A stretch of DNA of 49,151 bases, taken from Planctomycetota bacterium (GTDB lineage Bacteria > Planctomycetota > GCA-002687715). The stretch spans positions 1-49,151 of the forward strand of contig NZBC01000077.1 of the NCBI GenBank assembly GCA_002687715.1, read 5' to 3'. The number at the start of each line of letters is the position of its first letter. Position 1 is the stretch's first letter. Positions 10,163 through 18,413 of the stretch are shown here, piece by piece. The position numbers were made by a program, and so were the translations under genes. The notes below the pieces were generated by a model. It searched no databases, had not been told where the DNA came from, and worked only from the letters and a program-made list of their open reading frames with translations.

Positions 10163-10195
10163 CCTATAGCCAGGAACCCTCGTTGCGGCTATAGA
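10163..10195. promoter_or_regulatory. Inverted repeat TCCTATAGCC-N13-GGCTATAGAA centred in the 52-bp divergent codA/preT intergenic region. Candidate operator.
   Basis: Seen directly. 9/10 matching arms, positioned between two divergent start codons (10154 and 10207). Confidence 0.35.
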
Positions 10196-10206
10196 ATGAG
10201 TGCCCC

Positions 10207-11517
10207 ATGCCGCCGCCGCTGCCATCCGAACGCTCCGAGACTTCCTTCGCCGACTTCAAGCCTGCGTACACTCCGGGGCAGGCATCAATGGAGGCCAACC
10301 GTTGTCTCTTCTGTAACGACGCGCCCTGCATCGCGGCGTGCCCGACCGGAATCGACATCCCCGGCTTCATCCGCAAGATCGCCACGGGCAATCTCCGTGG
10401 ATCGGCGCGGAGTATCTTCGACGCCAACATTCTCGGGATGAGCTGCGCGCGGGTGTGTCCGGTCGAGGTCCTGTGCGTCGGCGATTGTGTCTACCACCAC
10501 ATGGGGGTGCCGCCGATCCAGATCGGCAAGCTCCAGCGCCATGCCACCGACGTGGCATATGGGGAAGGTTGGCGGTTCTTCGAGGCGGGACCGGATACGG
10601 GCAAGAGCATCGGACTCGTCGGCGCGGGGCCCGCGTCGCTCGCGGCAGCACATGAGCTGCGTCGTCTCGGCCATGCATGCGCCGTCTACGAGCGTCGCTC
10701 CGTACTGGGAGGGCTCAACACCACCGGCGTCGCGCCCTACAAGATGCGCGGTGATCGCTCGCTTTCGGAGGTCGCCTGGATCCTCAGGATCGGCGGCGTC
10801 GCGATCGAGACCGGCGTGCGGGTCCCGGATGACGTGTCCTGGGACGAGCTGTCGTCGCGCCACGACGCGCTGTTCATCGGGCTCGGGCTCGGTGCGGATC
10901 GCCTGCTCGACCTGCCGGGGAGCGATCTCCAAGGGGTCGGTGGCGCGGTCGCCTGGATCGAAGCGATGAAGCTCGGCGCAGTGGATCTCTCGGGTGTGCA
11001 GTCGGCCGTCGTGCTCGGCGGGGGAAACACCGCCATCGACGCGGTGCGCGAACTGACGGGGCTCGGGATCCCGAAGACGACGATGGTCTACCGGCGGACG
11101 GAAGCTCGCATGTCCGGCTACGCCCACGAGTGGGCGGCCGCGAAGCAGCAGGGCATCGCCGCCGCGTGGGCGCGGCAGCCGATCGCGTACGAGGGGGACG
11201 GCGGACGGGTTGCGGGCGTCCGTTGCGTTCACCTCGACGACGACGCGCAGGCCGTAGAGGGTTCCGGACACGTGATCCCCGCGGACCTGGTGCTGCTCGC
11301 GATCGGGCAGGCGCGGCTCGCGGATGTCGTGAGCGGCCTCGACGGCGTCGCGATCGAAGACGGACGGCTCGTCGTCGACGAGCACGGGGCGACGGGACGT
11401 CCCGGTGTCTATGCCGGTGGAGATTGCGCGAACGGCGGGAAGGAGGTCGTCAATGCGGCGGCCGAGGGCAAGGCCGCCGCCCGTGCGATCGATACCTGGC
11501 TCGACGGGAAGGAGTGA
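10207..11517 (+). CDS. preT: NAD-dependent dihydropyrimidine dehydrogenase subunit PreT (glutamate-synthase small-subunit-like, FAD/NAD binding, N-terminal 4Fe-4S Cys cluster).
   Basis: 436 aa. CLFCNDAPCIAACPTGIDIP ferredoxin-like Cys motif, then GLVGAGPASLAAAHEL dinucleotide-binding motif. Followed 4 nt later by preA. Confidence 0.85.
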   Translation: MPPPLPSERSETSFADFKPAYTPGQASMEANRCLFCNDAPCIAACPTGIDIPGFIRKIATGNLRGSARSIFDANILGMSCARVCPVEVLCVGDCVYHHMGVPPIQIGKLQRHATDVAYGEGWRFFEAGPDTGKSIGLVGAGPASLAAAHELRRLGHACAVYERRSVLGGLNTTGVAPYKMRGDRSLSEVAWILRIGGVAIETGVRVPDDVSWDELSSRHDALFIGLGLGADRLLDLPGSDLQGVGGAVAWIEAMKLGAVDLSGVQSAVVLGGGNTAIDAVRELTGLGIPKTTMVYRRTEARMSGYAHEWAAAKQQGIAAAWARQPIAYEGDGGRVAGVRCVHLDDDAQAVEGSGHVIPADLVLLAIGQARLADVVSGLDGVAIEDGRLVVDEHGATGRPGVYAGGDCANGGKEVVNAAAEGKAAARAIDTWLDGKE

Positions 11518-11521
11518 GACG

Positions 11522-12796
11522 ATGCCTGACCTGACCACGAACTGCGCGGGCATCGTCTCCCCGAACCCGTTCTGGCTCGCGTCGGCGCCGCCGACCAACT
11601 CTGGCGAGCAGGTGATGCGTGCGTTCGATGCGGGCTGGGGCGGCGCGGTCTGGAAGACGCTCGGCCAGCCCATCCAGAACGTGTCGAGCCGGTTCGGCGC
11701 CATCCGCTGGAAGGGCATGGCCGGGGTTGGGTTCAACAACATCGAGCTCATCACCGACCGGCCGCTGGAGGCGAACTTCCGCGAGATCGCGGAGGTCAAG
11801 CAGCGCTATCCGAAGCACGCCGTGATCGTCTCGCTCATGGTCGAGACCCAGGACGAGTGGAAGGACATCATCAAGCGCTCGATCGACGCGGGCGCCGACG
11901 GGATCGAGCTCAACTTCGGGTGCCCGCACGGAATGTGCGAGCGGGGGATGGGATCCGCCGTGGGCCAGGAGCCATTGGTCAACGAGCGCATCACGTCGTG
12001 GGCCGTCGAGTACTCGACGGTCCCCGTGCTGGTGAAGCTCACGCCGAACGTGGACGACATCCTCCCGCACGGGCGCGCCGCGCAGGCGGGCGGCGCGCAC
12101 GGGGTGTCGCTCATCAACACGATCAAGAGCGTCATCGGCGTCGACATCGACACGTTCGTGCCGCAGCCGGTGGTGGGCGGGCAATCGACCAACGGCGGGT
12201 ACTGCGGTGCGGCGGTTCGACCGATCGCGCTCCACATGGTGGCCGCGCTCGCACGCGATCCCGACTTCAACATTCCCATCAGCGGCATCGGCGGCATCAC
12301 CAATTGGCGCGATGCGGTCGAGTTCATGCTGCTCGGGTCCACCAGCGTCCAGGTCTGCACCGAGGTCATGCTCCGCGGCTACCGCATCGTCGAGGACATG
12401 ATCGAGGGTCTCGAGACGTGGATGGACGACAAGGGCTTCGCGAAGACCGACGACTTCGTCGGCCGTGCCGTCCCCTCGTACCAGGAGTGGGGCGACCTCG
12501 ACCTCAACTTCGAGCTCATCGCCAAGATCGACGCGGCGACCTGCATCGGTTGCCAGCTCTGCATGGTCGCGTGCCACGACGGCGCGCATCAGTGCATCCA
12601 TCCGAACCCGGACGGATCGCGGGTCCCGATCGTCGATGAGCCGGAGTGCGTCGGCTGCAACCTCTGTGAGATCGTGTGCCCCGTGCCCGAGTGCATCACG
12701 ATGGTAGAGGTGGACAACGGGTATGCGCCCGCGACGTGGAACCAGCACGTCGGACAGGGTGCACCCCTTCGCCCCAAGAAGGGCTCTCACGACTGA
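11522..12796 (+). CDS. preA: Dihydropyrimidine dehydrogenase catalytic subunit PreA (dihydroorotate-dehydrogenase-like TIM barrel plus two C-terminal 4Fe-4S ferredoxin motifs).
   Basis: ATG 11522 preceded by GAAGGAG. Translation contains GIELNFGCPHGM, ISGIGGI, and a C-terminal CIGCQLCMVACHD ... CVGCNLCEIVCP double ferredoxin motif. Confidence 0.9.
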   Translation: MPDLTTNCAGIVSPNPFWLASAPPTNSGEQVMRAFDAGWGGAVWKTLGQPIQNVSSRFGAIRWKGMAGVGFNNIELITDRPLEANFREIAEVKQRYPKHAVIVSLMVETQDEWKDIIKRSIDAGADGIELNFGCPHGMCERGMGSAVGQEPLVNERITSWAVEYSTVPVLVKLTPNVDDILPHGRAAQAGGAHGVSLINTIKSVIGVDIDTFVPQPVVGGQSTNGGYCGAAVRPIALHMVAALARDPDFNIPISGIGGITNWRDAVEFMLLGSTSVQVCTEVMLRGYRIVEDMIEGLETWMDDKGFAKTDDFVGRAVPSYQEWGDLDLNFELIAKIDAATCIGCQLCMVACHDGAHQCIHPNPDGSRVPIVDEPECVGCNLCEIVCPVPECITMVEVDNGYAPATWNQHVGQGAPLRPKKGSHD

Positions 12797-12799
12797 GAT

Positions 12800-12868
12800 C
12801 CGTCCGCCGCGGCGAAGCCGGATCCGAAGCCCGCCGCGGACCTGCAGGTCCACGCTCCCGGCGGGCGT
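12800..12868. repeat. REP-like element, copy a (spacer-like GGCGAAGCCGGATCCGAAGCC plus hairpin GCGGACCTGCAGGTCCACGCTCCCGG). Immediately 3' of preA.
   Basis: Shares core with the copies at 18347, 28821, 39710, 44811 and 49098. See findings. Confidence 0.6.
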
Positions 12869-13004
12869 TGCTACCCGAAGGTGACGACCGAACGAGCAAC
12901 TTCACCAGGCGCGCCCTTCCAACGCCTGGCCTCCTCTGCACCTGCTGCGTTTCGAACCCGGCGGCATGCCGATTGCACTCGCTCATCTCCCAAGGAGAGG
13001 GCCG

Positions 13005-14519
13005 ATGAAACCAGCGCACCCGTTCCTCGTTGCCACATTGCTACTCTTCGCGGCCGACCCGACCCTGTTCGCGCAGGGGTCGTGTGCCTGGTCGGGCCTC
13101 GGGAGCGGATTGCTCGGTAACGTGTCGGATCTGACAGTCTTCGACGACGGGTCGGGCCCCGCGCTCTACGCGGGGGGATGGTTCACCTCCGCGATCGCGA
13201 ACGGTGGCGCGGTCAACCGTATCGCCCGGTGGGATGGCGTGACGTGGTCGCCCCTTGGAAGTGGAATGTCCGCTGCGGTCAACGCTCTGACGGTTTGGGA
13301 TGACGGCACGGGTCCTGCCCTCTATGCCGGGGGCTTCTTCGCCACGGCGGGTGGAATGACCGTGAACTCCATCGCCAAGTGGGATGGGGCGGCGTGGTCA
13401 CCGGTCGGGAGTGGCTCCTCGGGCGTTGGGGGAGGCGTCATGGCCCTGACGGTCTTCGACGACGGTACTGGGCCGGCGCTCTACGTTGGAGGGAACTTCG
13501 GGACGATCGGCGGTGTCGCCAACAACGTTGCCAAATGGGATGGCGTGGCGTATTCGCCGGTTGGAAGCGGGCTGGGCACTGTCCAGACCCTCACGGTCTT
13601 CGACGATGGCACCGGTCCCGCCCTCTACGCCGGAGGGAACTCCTTCCTGTTGGGTGGTGGGATGTACGCCAGTCACGTCGCCAAGTGGAACGGCACTTCG
13701 TGGTCGTATCTCGGGAGCGGCGTGAGCGGCCCGGTCCGGGCTCTCATGGCCTTCGACGATGGCACCGGTCCTGCCCTTTACGTAGCCGGTGGTTTCATCT
13801 CGGCCGGAGGCATGCCCGCCGGGGGCATCGCGAAGTGGGATGGCACGACATGGTCGCCACTGGTGAGCGGGGTGGTGACCACCTTCGTGGCTAGCCTGAC
13901 CGTCTTCGACGATGGTATGGGTCCGGCGCTCTACGCCGGGGGGGGCTTCACGCTGGCTGGTGATATGGGCGCCAGGGGCATCGCCAGGTGGGACGGTACG
14001 ACGTGGTCGCCCCTCGGGAGCGGTATCGGCAACGGGGCCTCGGCCCTGACCGTCTTCGACGATGGCGCGGGGCCGGCGCTTTACGCAGCTGGGAATTTCG
14101 CGACGGCGGGGGGTGTCTTTGCCAGAAGCATCGCTCGTTGGTCATGCGGCAGCGGGATTTCCCTGACCGGTACGCAACCCGGGCCTAACGGTCCTGCCGG
14201 GGGTCCGCTGTACCTGCACCACGCGAACCTGACTCCCGGCCACGAGTACTTCAGCGTGTTCAGCCCGAACCTGTGTCCGGGTGGACCAGGTACAGGCTCA
14301 CCCAACCTGTTTGGTCTCTGCACGAGCAACGTCCAATCCCTGGTGAATCAGTTGCTGCTCCCGGTGGGGACTCCGCCGTTTCATTTCATCGCGCCGTCGA
14401 GCTACGTGAGCTGGGGACCGTTCGTTCTGCTCCCGGCATCCGTTGACGCGGTCAGCGTCGAGGTGACGGGCGGCATCATCGGAGCGACATCGGCCGTTAC
14501 ACGGATTACCGTTCAGTAG
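13005..14519 (+). CDS. Secreted tandem-repeat protein: signal peptide, then eight ~48-50-aa repeats (FDDGTGPALYAGGnF ... iAkWDGttWSplGSG), then a ~120-aa C-terminal module. Possibly beta-propeller-like.
   Basis: ATG 13005 preceded by AAGGAGAGGG. N-terminus MKPAHPFLVATLLLFAADPTLFAQG. DNA-level periodicity of ~144-153 bp, with GTCTTCGACGA(C/T)GG recurring at 13137, 13447, 13594, 13744, 13897 and 14047. Confidence 0.7.
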   Translation: MKPAHPFLVATLLLFAADPTLFAQGSCAWSGLGSGLLGNVSDLTVFDDGSGPALYAGGWFTSAIANGGAVNRIARWDGVTWSPLGSGMSAAVNALTVWDDGTGPALYAGGFFATAGGMTVNSIAKWDGAAWSPVGSGSSGVGGGVMALTVFDDGTGPALYVGGNFGTIGGVANNVAKWDGVAYSPVGSGLGTVQTLTVFDDGTGPALYAGGNSFLLGGGMYASHVAKWNGTSWSYLGSGVSGPVRALMAFDDGTGPALYVAGGFISAGGMPAGGIAKWDGTTWSPLVSGVVTTFVASLTVFDDGMGPALYAGGGFTLAGDMGARGIARWDGTTWSPLGSGIGNGASALTVFDDGAGPALYAAGNFATAGGVFARSIARWSCGSGISLTGTQPGPNGPAGGPLYLHHANLTPGHEYFSVFSPNLCPGGPGTGSPNLFGLCTSNVQSLVNQLLLPVGTPPFHFIAPSSYVSWGPFVLLPASVDAVSVEVTGGIIGATSAVTRITVQ

Positions 14520-14522
14520 CCA

Positions 14523-14712
14523 GGTGGGCTAGCCCGAACCATTCATGAGCCGCTACTGCGAAGTGCATCTGGCCCGCGCTACCTGCGTCGAACCGGCCCT
14601 TTCGATCCTCGACGTGGTGCTCAGCCACGCCTGCGGTCGAAAGCACCGATTCTCCTTGCCAGCACGACCCAGCTGCACTTCTCGCTACGCGTTCATGAAT
14701 AGTCCGGGCTAG
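14523..14712. repeat. ~20-bp imperfect terminal inverted repeats (GGGCTAGCCCGAACCATTCATGA ... TCATGAATAGTCCGGGCTAG) enclosing ~150 bp between convergent genes. Long stem-loop or MITE-like.
   Basis: Seen directly. Arms match 18/20 in reverse complement, and GGGCTAGCCC is itself palindromic. Confidence 0.4.
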
Positions 14713-15242
14713 AGAACGGCGTCGAGCAGCGCGGCGGGATCGTCGCGCACGATCATCAACTCGCGGTTCTCGGCGTTGACGAATCCCTCCGCGACGAGGT
14801 GGTCGACCAGCGCCAGGAACGGTTGGTAGAAGCCGTCGGTGTCCAGGATCCCGATCGGCTTCTCGTGCAGGCGCAATTGGGCCCACGTCACGACCTCGAG
14901 CAGCTCGTCGAACGTACCGTACCCGCCCGGGAGGCAGACGAACCCATCGGAGAGTTCCATCATGCGCTCCTTGCGCGGCATCATGCCGTCGACGACCTCC
15001 ATCGACGTGATGCCCGCGTGCGCGATCTCGACCTGATGGAGGAGCGTCGGGATCACTCCGATGACGTTGCCACCGGCCGCGAGGGCTGCGTCGGCGCACC
15101 GTCCCATGAGGCCGATGCTGCCGCCGCCGTACACGAGATCGACCCCTCGCTCGGCCAGCAGGCGCCCGACGTCGTCGGCGGTGCGAGCGTAGCGTTCGCG
15201 TTCACCGGTGCGGGAGCCGCAGAACACACAGATCGCAGCCAT
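14709..15242 (-). CDS. LOG family protein (cytokinin riboside 5'-monophosphate phosphoribohydrolase-like, TIGR00730-type).
   Basis: 177 aa. MAAICVFCGSRTG ... LVYGGGSIGLMG ... CLPGGYGTFDELLEV canonical LOG motifs. Confidence 0.9.
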   Translation of the reverse strand: MAAICVFCGSRTGERERYARTADDVGRLLAERGVDLVYGGGSIGLMGRCADAALAAGGNVIGVIPTLLHQVEIAHAGITSMEVVDGMMPRKERMMELSDGFVCLPGGYGTFDELLEVVTWAQLRLHEKPIGILDTDGFYQPFLALVDHLVAEGFVNAENRELMIVRDDPAALLDAVL

Positions 15243-15297
15243 GGGCGAAGATCATAGCGGCTCCCCGTCACTCTCGTCGCGGCGCGAGCGGTGAGTT

Positions 15298-16797
15298 ATG
15301 GTCAGCGCGATGCAGCCCTTCGACTGGATGGTCATTGCGGCGTACGCGATCGTCGTGATCGTCATCGGTCTTCGTGCCGGGCGGGGGCGACAGTCGGCGG
15401 AGGACTATTTCCTCGGCGGCCGCAAGATCCCATGGTGGGCGGCGCTGTGTTCCATGGTCGCGACGGAGCTCTCGGCCGCGACGTTCATCGGAACGCCTCA
15501 GAAGGGGTTCGGCGGCGACTGGACCTATCTCCAGTACGCGATCGGGTCGCTGCTCGCCCGCGTCGTTCTCGCGACCTGGTTCATCTCGTTGTACTACCGG
15601 CTGCGGCTGGTCACCGTGTACGGCTTGCTCGGACAGCGCTTCGGGCGGACATCGGAGCTGACGTCGGCGTGGTTGTTCCTCGGCGGTCGGCTGATCGCGT
15701 CGGGGTCGCGGTTGTTCATCGCTGGGCTGGCGTTCGCGACGGTCACCGGGACGTCCATCGAGGTGGCGATCCTCATCGCCGGCGGGTTGGCGATGGCCTA
15801 CACACTCGTCGGCGGCATCCGCGCCGTGATCTGGACGGACACGTTGCAAGGCGCCGTGTTCATCGTGTCGGCCATCGTCGCCATCGTGGTCGCGGTGCGG
15901 CTGGCGCCGGAGGACGCCGGCGGGATCTGGAGTGCGGCTGTCGATGCGGACAAGACCACGGTCATCCGCGAGTTCTTCGGCCAGGGGACGTCGTTGTTCG
16001 CCGCGATCGTGGGCGGGTTCTTTCTGACCATGGCGACCCACGGCACCGATCAGGACATGGTGCAGCGCCTGCTCACCACCAGCAACAGCCGGCGGGGCGG
16101 GCTGGCGCTTGTTCTGTCCGGCGTCGCCAACTTCCCCGTCGTGATCCTGTTTCTCTTCCTCGGTACTGCGATGTGGGCGTACTACCGGAGTTGGTCGGGG
16201 ACCTACGACATCGGTGAGACGGAGAAGATCTTCCCACTCTTCGTGCTCAAGGAGGTGCCGACCGGTTTGCGGGGACTGATCTTCGCGGGGCTGTTTGCGG
16301 CAGCGATGTCGAGCATGGACTCGGCGCTCAACAGTCTTGCGACGACGTGGGTCGTGAACATCCGCGGGCGGGTGGGCGAGGGACAGGAAGGAGAAGACGC
16401 GGCCCGGGTCGCGACCACCCAGCGTGCGACGCTCGGCTTCGGCGCGCTCCTCGTGGCCGCCGGGCTCGGACTCGTGTTCTACAAGCGCGCGGTAGAGGGA
16501 GCGGGTGGGCAGCAGCTCGACCTCATCGATCTCGCCCTCTCGAGTATGAGCATCTTCTACGGTGGCCTGCTAGGCGGGTTCGTGGTCGCGTTGCTGACCC
16601 CCCACCGCGGCACGGATCTGAGTGTGACGATCGGCATGGCCGCCGGGGGGGTGCTCGGTGTCCTGCTTTTCCTCCATCCCACGCCGCTGATGTTCGGCGA
16701 GACATACGTTCCCTGGGTGTACTGGATCCTGAGCAGTGCGACCGTCGCGTTCGTCATCGGGGCCAGCGTTCCGAAGCCGGAGGCCTTGCGTGACTGA
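15298..16797 (+). CDS. Sodium:solute symporter (SSF) family transporter.
   Basis: 499-aa polytopic membrane protein. Its stop overlaps the GTG start of the downstream GH3 gene. Confidence 0.85.
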   Translation: MVSAMQPFDWMVIAAYAIVVIVIGLRAGRGRQSAEDYFLGGRKIPWWAALCSMVATELSAATFIGTPQKGFGGDWTYLQYAIGSLLARVVLATWFISLYYRLRLVTVYGLLGQRFGRTSELTSAWLFLGGRLIASGSRLFIAGLAFATVTGTSIEVAILIAGGLAMAYTLVGGIRAVIWTDTLQGAVFIVSAIVAIVVAVRLAPEDAGGIWSAAVDADKTTVIREFFGQGTSLFAAIVGGFFLTMATHGTDQDMVQRLLTTSNSRRGGLALVLSGVANFPVVILFLFLGTAMWAYYRSWSGTYDIGETEKIFPLFVLKEVPTGLRGLIFAGLFAAAMSSMDSALNSLATTWVVNIRGRVGEGQEGEDAARVATTQRATLGFGALLVAAGLGLVFYKRAVEGAGGQQLDLIDLALSSMSIFYGGLLGGFVVALLTPHRGTDLSVTIGMAAGGVLGVLLFLHPTPLMFGETYVPWVYWILSSATVAFVIGASVPKPEALRD

Positions 16798-18346
16798 CCT
16801 CACGACCCTCGCGGGACGCCGGTTGTGGATCGGCATTCCGGGTCCCACGGTAGAGGACTCGACGCGCGCGCTCCTCGAAGAGGTGCGTCCGGGCGGGGTG
16901 GTCCTGTTTCGGCGCAACGTTCGCAGTCTCGATCAGGTCCGCGAGCTGATCGCCGCCCTCCACGAGGTGCTGGGCAGCGAGCTGCTGATCTCCGTCGACC
17001 ACGAAGGCGGCCTCGTCACGCGTTTTCATCAGGAGCTCACCGTCTTCCCCGGGAACATGGCGCTCGGCGCGGTCGCGTACCGCGAGCCCTCGATGGGTGA
17101 ACATCTGGCGGAGGAGCAGGGGGAGCTGTCCGCGCGCGAGCTGCGCGACCTCGGCATTCATGTCAACATCGCGCCCGTGCTCGATCTCGCGACCCGCGGC
17201 GACAATCCGGGCATCACCATCCGGTCGTTCGGCGCGCCGCCCGAGCTGGTCGAGAAACTCGGCGTTGCGATCGTCAAGGGGACCCTGCGCGGGGGCGTTC
17301 ACCCGGTGCTGAAGCACTTTCCGGGCAAGGGCGATGCGACCGTGGACGCGCATCTCGACCTGCCCGTCATCGACGACACCAGCGACCAGGCGCCGCACCT
17401 GCGCCCCTTCCAGCACGGTCTGAAGGCGGGGGCGCGCATCGTCATGACCAGTCACGTCATCTACCGCGCGATGGACTCCGAACGTCCGGCGACCCTGTCC
17501 TCAGCGGTGGTGACCGACCTGCTGCGCGGTGACCTCGGTTTCGACGGCATCGTCGTGACGGACGATCTCGAGATGGGTGCAATGCAGAAGCACTACGGCT
17601 TCGAAGCGGCGATCAGGGACGCCTCGTCGGCGGGGCACGACGTGTTCTGCATCGCGCACGATCCGGAGCTGCACCACCGTGCCGGGCAGTTGTTGCGGGA
17701 AGGAGCGCAGTCGGGTGCCGAGTGGTTCGGGGACCCCACCGAGATCACGGCGCGCCTCGATTCCGTGTGCGTGCTGCCGGCGACGACCGCTCCCGATCCG
17801 GTGCACGCTCGCACCGTTGCCAACGCCATCGCCGGCCGTGCGGTCACCGTCGTCCGAGACGACCGCGACCTGATTCCCATCCCCGCCGGCGTCCGGTGTG
17901 TGGTGGCCCTCCCCACCCTGCGGGCGGAGACGGGAGTCGAGAATCCGTTGCGAGGCGAGGAGGACGCGTCCGCATTCGCGGAGACGCTGGAGGCGGCCGG
18001 GCTCGACCTGGAGATCGTGCAGCTCGGAACCGAGCCGACCTCAGGTGAGGTCGACGCTCTGCTCGCGCGAGCCGGTTCTGCCGCCCGCCTGCTCGTCGTG
18101 ACGACCAACGCCCGGTTCCTCGACGCGCAGCGCCTCTACGCGCAGCGGTGTCTGACCGCGCACGACGGCGCCATCCTCGTTCCGATCCGCAACCCGTTCG
18201 ATGCGGAGGTGCGACCGCCCGACGTCCCCGCTTCGATCGTCGTGTCGTACGGTTTTCGTCCGCCGCAGCTTCGCGCGCTGGGGCGGGTGCTGACCGGGGA
18301 GATCGCGAGCTACGGCTGCCTGCCGATCGAGCTGAATCCGCTTTGA
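16790..18346 (+). CDS. nagZ: Glycoside hydrolase family 3 protein, NagZ-like beta-N-acetylhexosaminidase. Probable GTG start at 16790, overlapping the SSF stop.
   Basis: SVDHEGGLVTRF and KHFPGKGDATVDAHLDLPVI motifs match the GH3 N-terminal domain (NagZ pattern). The ORF track extends upstream to 16736 in the same frame. Confidence 0.75.
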   Translation: MTDLTTLAGRRLWIGIPGPTVEDSTRALLEEVRPGGVVLFRRNVRSLDQVRELIAALHEVLGSELLISVDHEGGLVTRFHQELTVFPGNMALGAVAYREPSMGEHLAEEQGELSARELRDLGIHVNIAPVLDLATRGDNPGITIRSFGAPPELVEKLGVAIVKGTLRGGVHPVLKHFPGKGDATVDAHLDLPVIDDTSDQAPHLRPFQHGLKAGARIVMTSHVIYRAMDSERPATLSSAVVTDLLRGDLGFDGIVVTDDLEMGAMQKHYGFEAAIRDASSAGHDVFCIAHDPELHHRAGQLLREGAQSGAEWFGDPTEITARLDSVCVLPATTAPDPVHARTVANAIAGRAVTVVRDDRDLIPIPAGVRCVVALPTLRAETGVENPLRGEEDASAFAETLEAAGLDLEIVQLGTEPTSGEVDALLARAGSAARLLVVTTNARFLDAQRLYAQRCLTAHDGAILVPIRNPFDAEVRPPDVPASIVVSYGFRPPQLRALGRVLTGEIASYGCLPIELNPL

Positions 18347-18398
18347 CGGCGAAGCCGGGATCCGAACTCAGAGCGGAACTGGAGGTCCGCGCTCCCGG
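18347..18398. repeat. REP-like element, copy b (GGCGAAGCCGGGATCCGAAC spacer plus reverse-orientation hairpin CAGAGCGGAACTGGAGGTCCGCGCTCCCGG).
   Basis: Immediately after the nagZ stop, between convergent genes. Confidence 0.6.
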
Positions 18399-18413
18399 AA
18401 GAGCAGAATCGCT

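Noticed and set aside
13137-14100. Regularly spaced ~145-150-bp DNA repeats (GTCTTCGACGAYGG...) that could be mistaken for a CRISPR-like or tandem-repeat array.
   Set aside because: They lie entirely within one ORF and encode the ~48-aa protein repeats. Repeat length and spacing are far from CRISPR geometry, and there are no cas genes.
14546-14722. 58-codon ORF (MSRYCEVHLARATCVEPALSILDVVLSHACGRKHRF...) spanning the inverted-repeat element from arm to arm.
   Set aside because: No Shine-Dalgarno upstream. Its start and stop are created by the palindromic arms (CATGA / TCATG). More likely an incidental ORF inside a structural element.
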